Origin: Bacteroidetes bacterium UBA1860
Lineage (GTDB): Bacteria > Bacteroidota > Rhodothermia > Balneolales > Balneolaceae
NCBI GenBank assembly: GCA_002338335.1
Contig: DDIC01000053.1
Location: 13,411 to 63,022 of the forward strand
Length of the DNA stretch: 49,612 bases
Direction of reading: 5' to 3'
The position numbers and the translations under genes are program-made. Below, in pieces: positions 9,472 to 17,854 of this stretch (position 1 is its first letter; the number at the start of each line of letters is the position of its first letter). Below the pieces are notes generated by a model. The model searched no databases, was not told where the DNA came from, and saw nothing but the letters and a program-made list of their open reading frames with translations.

Positions 9472-12400
9472 TTACACCCGAATCCATCCTTGATCTTGCA
9501 TCCTCTTGGCCACCTTCCACTTAATCTTTTTGGTTTCCCCAGACTGGACATTCTTCATAGTCACAAGGTCGTTTCTACCTGGTTCGGATTCAACCACTTC
9601 AGGGGATTTTTTTACTTGGAGCGGACCTGTGGATGTGGCTCTTGCACCTGTGCCAGAGATACCCGTCGCGGAAGGGGCTGTTGGGGCCGTCATTTGAGGA
9701 GCAGAGAAGCCCATATTCGTTGATTCCTGATGCTGCGTTTTGGCTTTGGAGAGTTCTACTTTAGCTTTAGGGGCTTGTGCTCGTTGGACGCGCTGTGCAG
9801 GTTGATCTCCTGGTCGAGCCTCCGGCACGGCTCGCCATACCATGGAGATAATGTCTTGATGGATCGTTCCAAGCAAGTCTTGGAACATTTCGAACGCTTC
9901 ACGCTTATACTCCACTAAGGGGTCTTTCTGACCAAAAGCTCTGAGCCCAATCCCTTCTTTCACGGCATCCAATTCACGCAAATGCTCCATCCACTTATCG
10001 TCAATCACAGACAAAATCGCAGAGCGTTCAAGGGCGCGAGGCAATTCATGCCCCCGGGTATCCATCAACTTTTGGGTATCGGTCACCACGCGGAAACGAC
10101 GTGATCCATCATTGAAAATCACTTGAATACGCTCTGGCAGCTGACCGTCGTCCCCTTGTTGCAGCTGTTGTAACATCGCAAACAGCGGCTCAGCGACTCT
10201 CGATTCTTTAATTCGGTAGAGCTCTTGTGCCTGGTGGATGAGCTCATCGGTGACAGCATCTTCACCTTTTTTGACCCACTCTTCGGTGTCAACCGTGACC
10301 GGTAATGCCAACAAACGCAACAAATCCTCTGCAATGGCTTCATAATTGCCTGTTGCAAAGTGTTCACTCACGACCGAGCTCACAAAATCGTCCAACATAT
10401 TAAGTAGATCGCTCTCCACATTCTCGCCCAAGAGTGCGTTGCGACGTCGAGCGTAAATCACATTACGCTGGTTGTTGAGCACATCATCATACTCGAGTTG
10501 ACGCTTACGAATACTGAAATTGTTTTGCTCCACTTTTTTCTGCGCTCGCTCCAAGGATTTTGTAATCATGGAGTGTTGGATCACCTCTCCTTCTTGGAAG
10601 TTGAGTCGATCCATCCACTTGGCAATGCGATCTGTTCCTCCAAAAAGAGCCATCAACTGATCTTCAAGGGATACATAAAACTGCGTCTCTCCTGGGTCCC
10701 CTTGTCGTCCCGCTCGACCCCGAAGCTGAAGGTCAATCCGGCGACTTTCATGTCTTTCTGTACCAATAATGACCAAACCGCCACGCTCTTTCACCTCGTC
10801 GGTCAGTTTAATATCGGTTCCACGACCTGCCATGTTTGTTGCAACAGTGACGGCCCCAGGCTGACCCGCCCGAGCCACAATCTCAGATTCTTGAGCATTT
10901 TGCTTGGCATTCAAAACACTATGGTCTATCCCAGACCGCTTCAGCATTCGGCTCAAGGTCTCCGATACATCGACGCTTGTAGTCCCAACCAGGACCGGCT
11001 GGCCGTTTTTGTAGACCTCACGGATTTTTTCAATCACTGCATTAAACTTCTCTCGCTTGCTTCGATAAATGAGATCCTCGTGATCGAGTCGAGCAATCGG
11101 TTTGTTGGTCGGAATTACCACCACATCCAGACTATAAATCTCATTGAATTCTCCCTCTTCGGTCGCAGCGGTTCCCGTCATACCTGAGAGCTTATGGTAC
11201 ATCCTGAAAAAATTCTGCAATGTAATCGTCGCATACGTCTGGGTAGCAGCTTCCACACGAACATTCTCTTTGGCTTCAATTGCCTGGTGGAGGCCATCAC
11301 TGTAGCGACGTCCCGACATGACCCGTCCGGTGTGCTCATCCACTATTTGAACCTTGCCATCCTGGACGATGTACTCTTCATCCTTCACAAAAAGTGTGTA
11401 GGCCTTCAATAACTGATTCACCGTATGAATCCGATCACTTTTTTCGGCAAACGATTTGTTGAGCTCTGTTAGGCGATCTTGACGAAACGCTTCTGCTTTG
11501 GCGGGATCCGAGAGCTTGTCAGCCTCTTCCCCAATCTTGACCGTTTCTTCTCCCATATCTGGGATAATGAAAAAGTCTGCATCTTCCCCTTGCTTCGTGA
11601 TGAACTCACGCCCTTTATCGCTCATTTCGATGCTACGCTGGCGTAACTCAACAGCATAAAAAAGCTCTTCATCCACCTCAGGCATCCTCTTGGCATTCTC
11701 CTGGAGGTAGAAGTTTTCGGATTGCGTGAGCAAGCTTTGATACTTCATGTCTTGGAGCATTCGACGAAGCTTGCGGTTTTTGGGGTATCCTCGTTGTGCC
11801 CGAAGCAGCGCCAATCCTGCTCCCTCGGCGTCTCCCTCCGCTTCTAATTTTTCGGCCTGTGTCACCAAGCCAGCCACCAATTGCTGCTGAGCCTTGACCA
11901 GTGACTCTATTCGCGGCTTCATCACGACATATTTTTCAGACTGGGTATCCTCTGGAACTGGACCCGAAATAATCAATGGCGTTCTCGCCTCATCGATAAG
12001 AATGGAGTCAACCTCATCTATAATGGTATAATGGTGCCCTCGCTGAACTAATTGATCTGGGGTGACCACCATATTATCGCGAAGATAATCGAAGCCAAAC
12101 TCGTTGTTGGTACCATAGGTGACGTCGGCTCTGTAGGCTTCGCGTCGATCCTCTGAATTAGGCTGATGTTTATCGATGCAATCAACACGCAAACCGTGGA
12201 ATTCAAAAATCGGCGCATTCCACTCTGCATCCCGCTTGGCTAGATAATCATTCACCGTAATTACATGCACACCTCGCCCAACGAGCGCATTGAGGTAGGC
12301 CGGGAAGATGGCCACAAGGGTTTTTCCCTCTCCCGTCTTCATTTCAGAAATCATCCCCTTGTGCAAAGCAATGGCTCCAATGAGCTGAACGTCGTATGGA

Positions 12401-12831
12401 ACCATCTGCCAGGTCACTTCAGAGCCAGCGACCTTCCAGCTTTGTCCCACAAATCGACGACACGTTTCTTTGAGTACCGCATAAGCTTCAGGTAAAATCT
12501 CATCCAAGACCTCTTCTGCACGTTCCAGCCATTGCTTCCTCAAGGCTTCAATAGAATCGGCAATTTCCTTAGCCTCAGCAGCTGTGCGGGTAGATTCACG
12601 ATCCTCTGATTGGGCTCGTAAATCCTTGATTTGATCATCAAGATCTTGGCCAGCATCGATGATCTTCTGTTTGAATTCAGCCGTTTTTCCTTTGAGTTGC
12701 TCATCGGAAAGCCCTTGCACGGGGGCCTCCATGGCATGGATTTGTTCGAGGATCGGCGTGAGCGATTTGAGATCTTGCTCGCTTTTTGAGCCGAATATCG
12801 TCGTTAAGACACTATTGATTGAAAACTTCAT
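9472..12831 (-). CDS. secA: Preprotein translocase ATPase SecA
   Basis: 1119 aa. MKTGEGKTLVA Walker A, DEVDSILIDEARTPLIISG, TNMAGRGTDIKL. Confidence 0.97.
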   Translation of the reverse strand: MKFSINSVLTTIFGSKSEQDLKSLTPILEQIHAMEAPVQGLSDEQLKGKTAEFKQKIIDAGQDLDDQIKDLRAQSEDRESTRTAAEAKEIADSIEALRKQWLERAEEVLDEILPEAYAVLKETCRRFVGQSWKVAGSEVTWQMVPYDVQLIGAIALHKGMISEMKTGEGKTLVAIFPAYLNALVGRGVHVITVNDYLAKRDAEWNAPIFEFHGLRVDCIDKHQPNSEDRREAYRADVTYGTNNEFGFDYLRDNMVVTPDQLVQRGHHYTIIDEVDSILIDEARTPLIISGPVPEDTQSEKYVVMKPRIESLVKAQQQLVAGLVTQAEKLEAEGDAEGAGLALLRAQRGYPKNRKLRRMLQDMKYQSLLTQSENFYLQENAKRMPEVDEELFYAVELRQRSIEMSDKGREFITKQGEDADFFIIPDMGEETVKIGEEADKLSDPAKAEAFRQDRLTELNKSFAEKSDRIHTVNQLLKAYTLFVKDEEYIVQDGKVQIVDEHTGRVMSGRRYSDGLHQAIEAKENVRVEAATQTYATITLQNFFRMYHKLSGMTGTAATEEGEFNEIYSLDVVVIPTNKPIARLDHEDLIYRSKREKFNAVIEKIREVYKNGQPVLVGTTSVDVSETLSRMLKRSGIDHSVLNAKQNAQESEIVARAGQPGAVTVATNMAGRGTDIKLTDEVKERGGLVIIGTERHESRRIDLQLRGRAGRQGDPGETQFYVSLEDQLMALFGGTDRIAKWMDRLNFQEGEVIQHSMITKSLERAQKKVEQNNFSIRKRQLEYDDVLNNQRNVIYARRRNALLGENVESDLLNMLDDFVSSVVSEHFATGNYEAIAEDLLRLLALPVTVDTEEWVKKGEDAVTDELIHQAQELYRIKESRVAEPLFAMLQQLQQGDDGQLPERIQVIFNDGSRRFRVVTDTQKLMDTRGHELPRALERSAILSVIDDKWMEHLRELDAVKEGIGLRAFGQKDPLVEYKREAFEMFQDLLGTIHQDIISMVWRAVPEARPGDQPAQRVQRAQAPKAKVELSKAKTQHQESTNMGFSAPQMTAPTAPSATGISGTGARATSTGPLQVKKSPEVVESEPGRNDLVTMKNVQSGETKKIKWKVAKRMQDQGWIRV

Positions 12832-12993
12832 ACCCTAAATATACGGGAATCGGTGGTGAGTGGAGAAGCAAGGTTGAACTTTCAGCGTTCAAAGTTCGCA
12901 GAATCTTGTTATTTTTCTCAATTACATTAAAAAACGTTTGAATCTCTCTTGGATTGCCCAATACACCAGATTCAACACAAGTGTCAGTCCGTT

Positions 12994-13020
12994 TTTAAGG
13001 TCGAATAGTTTAAGGTCGAA
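12994..13020 (+). repeat. Two direct copies of TTTAAGGTCGAA with 15-bp spacing, immediately upstream of rpmH
   Basis: Copies at 12994..13005 and 13009..13020. The second copy ends 8 nt before the rpmH ATG. Confidence 0.5.
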
Positions 13021-13028
13021 CGAGTCTC

Positions 13029-13184
13029 ATGAAGCGTACATTTCAACCAAGCCGTCGCAAAAGAACCAACAAACACGGTTTTCGCAAACGCATGCTCACA
13101 TCTGATGGGCAAAACGTCATCAATCGCCGTCGTGCGAAAGGGCGTAAAAAGCTCACTGTGAGCAGTGAAAAAGGGCCAAAGTAG
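13029..13184 (+). CDS. rpmH: 50S ribosomal protein L34
   Basis: Below the ORF-track size cutoff. Hand translation: [51 protein letters not shown], with stop TAG at 13182..13184. Canonical L34 sequence and canonical position upstream of rnpA. Confidence 0.95.
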   Translation: MKRTFQPSRRKRTNKHGFRKRMLTSDGQNVINRRRAKGRKKLTVSSEKGPK

Positions 13185-13614
13185 CCAATCTTCTCGGCTA
13201 GTCGGTCAACGACTTCGCCTTCCCCGTGCAGCTATCTTGCGTGGGAAAGATCGCTTTCAATCCCTTTTTTCCTCCTCTACCGTGCTTCGTCAACCGCATG
13301 TTCAATTACGCTTTCGGGTAAGCCCAAGTACTGAGCCTTCTCAACAAACGGCTTTTGTGGTAAGCAAGCGTCATGGCAATGCCGTGACTCGCAATCGTCT
13401 CAAGCGTCAAATGAGGGAGTGTTACCGAAAGAATCAACATGCATGGCGTCTAGAGGGAGAGCTTTTACCTACTCAACACCGCTCAGACGCGTTGTCGGTA
13501 GATGCATTGTTTATGATCCAATCCTCAAACGTCGATTCCACACAATTAGAAACCGAGATGCTTACGCTCATGAATCAAGGGCAAGAGCGTCTCAAAACAT
13601 GGGTTCATGGATAG
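13165..13614 (+). CDS. rnpA: Ribonuclease P protein component
   Basis: Conserved RNR motif region [22 protein letters not shown]. Lies between rpmH and yidC. The start is uncertain: GTG 13165 overlaps the rpmH 3' end by 20 nt. Confidence 0.8.
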   Translation: MKKGQSSQSSRLVGQRLRLPRAAILRGKDRFQSLFSSSTVLRQPHVQLRFRVSPSTEPSQQTAFVVSKRHGNAVTRNRLKRQMRECYRKNQHAWRLEGELLPTQHRSDALSVDALFMIQSSNVDSTQLETEMLTLMNQGQERLKTWVHG

Positions 13615-15469
13615 AAATACCATTATCGGATTTGTCCTGATTTTCATCATCATGATGGCATGGTCGTGGACCTCTATGCCTATGCCTGAAGAATTAGAAG
13701 CTCAACGAATAGAACAACTCCGTCAGGATTCCTTGGCTGCCTTGCAAGAACAAGGGATTGAACCCGCGTTTGATGACTTAATGGGGGCCGATCGTCAGGG
13801 CCAATCTGGAACATCGACGTTTCGAGATCGTCGCGATTCCTTTGACCCGTTAAGCACGCCAACAACCGGAGCCTTTGCACCTGCTGACGGGTTTTTTCCT
13901 GCCGAAACTCGCTCTACTGTCCGCACGCCTTACATGGAGATTGAATTTAGTTCTATGGGTGGCGGCCCAGCGTCGATTCGATTCCTCGACTATCAAACCT
14001 GGGACAAAAAGCCCGTTCAGATGGTACAGGATACCACAAGATCAGCCTACAATGTGGGCTTTTTGAGTCAAGAGGGGCAAAATATTGAGACCAGAGGTCT
14101 CATGTTTGAGCCGCTGTTTGAAACCAGAATCGAGCGAAATCTCGCGGAAGGTGAGTCCGTTGAAATCAGTTATCAATACCTCACCGCTTCTGGAGGGCAC
14201 ATTATTCATACCTATACAGTAGATGGGGATGGCCATGAATTAGACTTTGACGTTCAGTTCGAGGGGTTACAGACTCAAATATTTGATCAAGCGGTGGATG
14301 TAAGTTTTGCGACCGCCCTCGTTCCAACGGAGAAAGACCTAACCCAAGATGGTCAGTATAGTAGTGCCTATGTATTCGCAGGAGATGAATTGGAGCAATT
14401 TCAGTTGACAGAAGGAGGGCGTGACCAAAATCGGATTAATGGGGAGATTGGATGGGTCTCAACTCGGACAAAGTTTTTTACGCAGATTATCAAACCTCGC
14501 ACGGTCTCCGAAGCTGCACTACTCACAGGAGAAGTGACAGGAGACCCCAAAGAGCCACTCACACGTCATCGGTATCAATCGTCTATTCAGCTTGATATCC
14601 GTGACACACAGCGCGCCTCCATGGAGCTCTATGTAGGTCCATTGCGCTATTATGATTTACGAGAATTTGACGACCATGCCTACGATATGGCAGAAGTGGG
14701 CTACTCCTGGATGCGTTGGTTCTCTGACCCACTTGTTCGGTTTGTCATTATCCCTTATTTCACCTTTTTTAGTGGGTGGATTGGCAACTATGGCGTGTTG
14801 ATTATTCTGTTTGGCGTCCTTGTCAAATTGGTTCTGGCTCCATTGACCTTGAGTAGTTTCAAGAGCATGGCTGCGATGCGTAAGCTTCAACCAGAAATGC
14901 AGGCACTGGCAGAGAAATACAAAGAGAATCCACAGAAGCGTCAGCAGGAGACCATGAAATTGTATCAGAAGAATAAAGTGAATCCTATTGGTGGATGTCT
15001 ACCGATGCTGTTACAGTTTCCCATCCTGATTACACTGTGGCAGTTTTTCCAGGGCTCTATTCTTATCCGTCAAGAGTCTTTTTTGTGGGCGCAAGATTTG
15101 TCAGCACCCGATTATTGGCTCAGTCTACCGTTTGCTATTCCCTTTTTAGGGGATCAACTGGCTGGGTTTGTGCTGCTCATGGCTGGATCGATTGTGCTGC
15201 AAACTCAGCTTTCTGGAAGTATGTCATCTGCACCCACAAGTCCTGGGATGCCCAACATGAAAGTGATGATGTATATCATGCCCTTCATGCTTCTGTTTTT
15301 CTTCAATAACTTTGCGGCAGGGTTGAGTTTATACTATCTGGTCTTTAATGTACTCTCCGCAGGACAACAATGGCTCATTAATCGGGGGACAAACAAGGAA
15401 ATCACTCCTGCGGTAGCCACAGTATCGACCAAAAATAGGTCAAAGAAATCATCCCCGAAATCCAAGTAG
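13607..15469 (+). CDS. yidC: Membrane protein insertase YidC (long form with a large periplasmic domain)
   Basis: 620 aa. MRKLQPEMQALAEKYKENPQKRQQETMKLYQKNKVNPIGGCLPMLLQFPI. The start overlaps the rnpA stop (ATGGATAG). Confidence 0.93.
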   Translation: MDRNTIIGFVLIFIIMMAWSWTSMPMPEELEAQRIEQLRQDSLAALQEQGIEPAFDDLMGADRQGQSGTSTFRDRRDSFDPLSTPTTGAFAPADGFFPAETRSTVRTPYMEIEFSSMGGGPASIRFLDYQTWDKKPVQMVQDTTRSAYNVGFLSQEGQNIETRGLMFEPLFETRIERNLAEGESVEISYQYLTASGGHIIHTYTVDGDGHELDFDVQFEGLQTQIFDQAVDVSFATALVPTEKDLTQDGQYSSAYVFAGDELEQFQLTEGGRDQNRINGEIGWVSTRTKFFTQIIKPRTVSEAALLTGEVTGDPKEPLTRHRYQSSIQLDIRDTQRASMELYVGPLRYYDLREFDDHAYDMAEVGYSWMRWFSDPLVRFVIIPYFTFFSGWIGNYGVLIILFGVLVKLVLAPLTLSSFKSMAAMRKLQPEMQALAEKYKENPQKRQQETMKLYQKNKVNPIGGCLPMLLQFPILITLWQFFQGSILIRQESFLWAQDLSAPDYWLSLPFAIPFLGDQLAGFVLLMAGSIVLQTQLSGSMSSAPTSPGMPNMKVMMYIMPFMLLFFFNNFAAGLSLYYLVFNVLSAGQQWLINRGTNKEITPAVATVSTKNRSKKSSPKSK

Positions 15470-15494
15470 ACATTCGCCCAAGCCAAACACCACT

Positions 15495-16442
15495 ATGAAT
15501 TCTTGCTGTTCTCTTCATTTCCCACGCGTAGCATACGAAGGGGGTCAGCGGTGGCTTTGGAATCCTATTACCAAAAAACGCCTAGCCAATCGACCCGAAG
15601 AAAGGGTACGGCTTCGCATGATTGATTACCTCACCTTGGAGGCACAAATCCCTGCGGGTCGAATTTCACAGGAGCTGACACTTCTTTCGAATGAATTGGG
15701 GGATAAGGATCGAGGCATGAGAGCCGATATCGTGGTTTATGGCGGAGATATGGAGCCCGAAACGCTCATTGAGTGTAAATCTGCCACCGTGAGTTTGAGC
15801 AAAGAATCGGCTGTGCAAATTAGTCGGTATAATGAACATGTGGGTGCTCGGCATCTCTGGCTTAGTAATGGCCATTCCGATGCCATCTTTACCTTTGAGA
15901 ATGGGGAGCTAAAGCGTCGTCGCAAGCCCATTTATCCTAGTGCGATGTCTGTGGAGGAGCTTCGCCGAGACACATCCTACTGGATGGAGCGTGGGTTTAT
16001 TGGGCGTGGTCTTGACTCGAATGCCCAGACTTGGTTGACTCAGGTGCTTCAAGAGTTTTGGGATCCAAATCACGAATGGGCGTATGGGTACATCGATCTT
16101 GCACGCTCAGATATGGGGGTTCATGCGAGTCATTATTACCAAAGCATCCCCTTGGATGACGAAACGGATGTCGCTCTGGCATTTGTGTCACCCAATCCAG
16201 AGGAAACCTTGTTGGTGGCTATTTTGAATCAATCCCAACAAACGGTCGCTGTTTTTGTGACAGATCTGCAGGATTTGTGGACAGCTCAGCCAGAGAATAC
16301 CACGATCTATACAACGCATTCGCAGGACAGCGCCTCCCTTCTAAAGCACGTCCCCCTCAAGACCGATGAGATTAACCCGATGGTGATTTCCAATTTGGCA
16401 GGTTTTTATGAAAGTTGGTTTCGTCAACTCTATTTGTTGTAG
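15495..16442 (+). CDS. HsdR_N-like (type I restriction enzyme R N-terminal, PD-(D/E)xK fold) domain protein with an uncharacterised C-terminal half of about 165 aa
   Basis: The N-terminal half has the family pattern NPITKKRLANRPEERVRLRMIDYL...E60...RAD78IVVY...LIE93CK95...QISRYNEHVGARHLWLSNG. I cannot assign the C-terminal half. Confidence 0.6.
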   Translation: MNSCCSLHFPRVAYEGGQRWLWNPITKKRLANRPEERVRLRMIDYLTLEAQIPAGRISQELTLLSNELGDKDRGMRADIVVYGGDMEPETLIECKSATVSLSKESAVQISRYNEHVGARHLWLSNGHSDAIFTFENGELKRRRKPIYPSAMSVEELRRDTSYWMERGFIGRGLDSNAQTWLTQVLQEFWDPNHEWAYGYIDLARSDMGVHASHYYQSIPLDDETDVALAFVSPNPEETLLVAILNQSQQTVAVFVTDLQDLWTAQPENTTIYTTHSQDSASLLKHVPLKTDEINPMVISNLAGFYESWFRQLYLL

Positions 16443-16453
16443 TAAGTTCTAGC

Positions 16454-17854
16454 ATGCAAACGACTTTGAAGATTTCGGCAGCTGCGATGGCAGCAACACA
16501 CAGAGAGCGGTTCTATTCCATGTTTGACACCAAGGGGGCAGACGATGCCATTGTTGTGTTGCGTGGAGCGTCCGTCGAGCATCGCTACGATACCGATTTT
16601 GAGCTCCCTTTTCGACAAGAGAGCCGTTTTTGGTACCTAACGGGCGTCTCGGAACCCGATTACAGTGCGATTTTTGTGCCGAAAACTGGTGAATTTCATC
16701 TTTTTGCCCCCAAGCGCGAAACCTCATATGCCGTATGGAATGGGCGTATTCGATCGCAAGAGGAAATCCAAGAGCTCTATCGGCCCGATGTACTGCATAA
16801 CTCCGATGCGTTGCAGTCGGTGCTGGATGACCTAGCCCCGACTCGTATTTTTGCGGGTGCCGAAGAGGAGCTATCAGCACTCGGGGTGGTTGCGCCTGAA
16901 GGGTGCGCTATCGACCACCGCTCGGTTGTCGACATTTTGACCCTTTGCCGTTTGCATAAAACAGACGGGGAATTGGAGAGGATGCGCTTTGCCAACCAAG
17001 CCAATAGTGCCGCACACGAAGCGGTTCTTCGGTCCGTGCGCCCAGGGGCTTGGGAATACCAAATGAAAGGGGTCTTGGAAGGCACCTTGATGCAGCATGG
17101 GTTGCAGTTTCCTGCATACAATGGAATTTACGCTAGCGGGACGAATAGCGCCATTTTGCATTACGTGGTAAACCATCAGGAAATGAGCGATGGTGAGCTC
17201 TTTTTGATTGATTCGGGATATGAATTTGAGGGGTATGGAGCCGACTTGACTCGTACGTGGCCTGTGAATGGGGTGTTCTCGGATGTCCAGCGTGAGATGT
17301 ACTCCATTGTACTAGAAATGCAGAAGAACACGATTGACGCAACTCGACCAGGTGTGAAAATGGAAGATTTGCACTGGCTCGCATGCAGAACTTTGCTTGA
17401 AGGGCTCCTAGATGGAGGGTATGTCAAAGGCTCTGTGGATGATTTGATGGCGCAAAATATCTTTGCCCTCTTTTTTCCCCATGGTTTGGGTCATTTCATA
17501 GGCCTAGACGTACATGATCCAGGTGGATACCCCAAAGGAGTCGACCGTATTGATCGACCCGGAGTGAGATTTTTGAGAATTCGTCGAGAAATGGAGTCCG
17601 GCATGGCCTTAACCATCGAGCCAGGACTCTACATGATTCCTGCTTTGTTGGGCCCAGCATTTGAAGATCCCATCCAATCAGGCTTCTTGAATCGCTCAAA
17701 ACTAGAGCCCTTGCTACATTTTGGAGGAATCCGAATAGAGGACAACCTAGTAGTAAATGACTCTGAATCGGGTCATGAGAACCTTACCTCTCTCGTCAAG
17801 GAAATCGATGAGATTGAGGCCATAATGAAGGATGCAAAAGGGGTTCGAGGGTGA
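16454..17854 (+). CDS. pepP: M24B Xaa-Pro aminopeptidase/prolidase
   Basis: Metal-ligand motifs LIDSGYEFEGYGADLTRT, HGLGHFIGLDVHD, IEPGLY and GGIRIEDN. Start moved to ATG 16454, since the ORF-track start overlaps the upstream gene. Confidence 0.85.
   Translation: MQTTLKISAAAMAATHRERFYSMFDTKGADDAIVVLRGASVEHRYDTDFELPFRQESRFWYLTGVSEPDYSAIFVPKTGEFHLFAPKRETSYAVWNGRIRSQEEIQELYRPDVLHNSDALQSVLDDLAPTRIFAGAEEELSALGVVAPEGCAIDHRSVVDILTLCRLHKTDGELERMRFANQANSAAHEAVLRSVRPGAWEYQMKGVLEGTLMQHGLQFPAYNGIYASGTNSAILHYVVNHQEMSDGELFLIDSGYEFEGYGADLTRTWPVNGVFSDVQREMYSIVLEMQKNTIDATRPGVKMEDLHWLACRTLLEGLLDGGYVKGSVDDLMAQNIFALFFPHGLGHFIGLDVHDPGGYPKGVDRIDRPGVRFLRIRREMESGMALTIEPGLYMIPALLGPAFEDPIQSGFLNRSKLEPLLHFGGIRIEDNLVVNDSESGHENLTSLVKEIDEIEAIMKDAKGVRG

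Noticed and set aside
10498-11187. 229-aa plus-strand ORF
   Set aside because: It lies entirely antisense to the well-supported secA CDS. Its sequence is low-complexity and Leu/Ser/Cys-rich with no recognisable motif. It is a typical shadow ORF.
12832-13028. oriC / DnaA boxes next to rpmH-rnpA-yidC
   Set aside because: This gene set often neighbours dnaA/oriC. I found no TTATCCACA-like 9-mer (allowing one mismatch, by eye) on either strand, no dnaA gene, and no AT-rich unwinding element. The neighbour is secA.
13419-13640. 73-aa ORF between rnpA and yidC as a candidate yidD
   Set aside because: It lies in an alternative frame inside rnpA. Its sequence lacks the YidD hallmark Cys-containing motif and any hydrophobic character.
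16449-17427. Cluster of six minus-strand ORFs of 69-143 aa
   Set aside because: All are antisense to the Xaa-Pro peptidase CDS, which has intact M24B metal-ligand motifs. The ORFs overlap each other in different frames.
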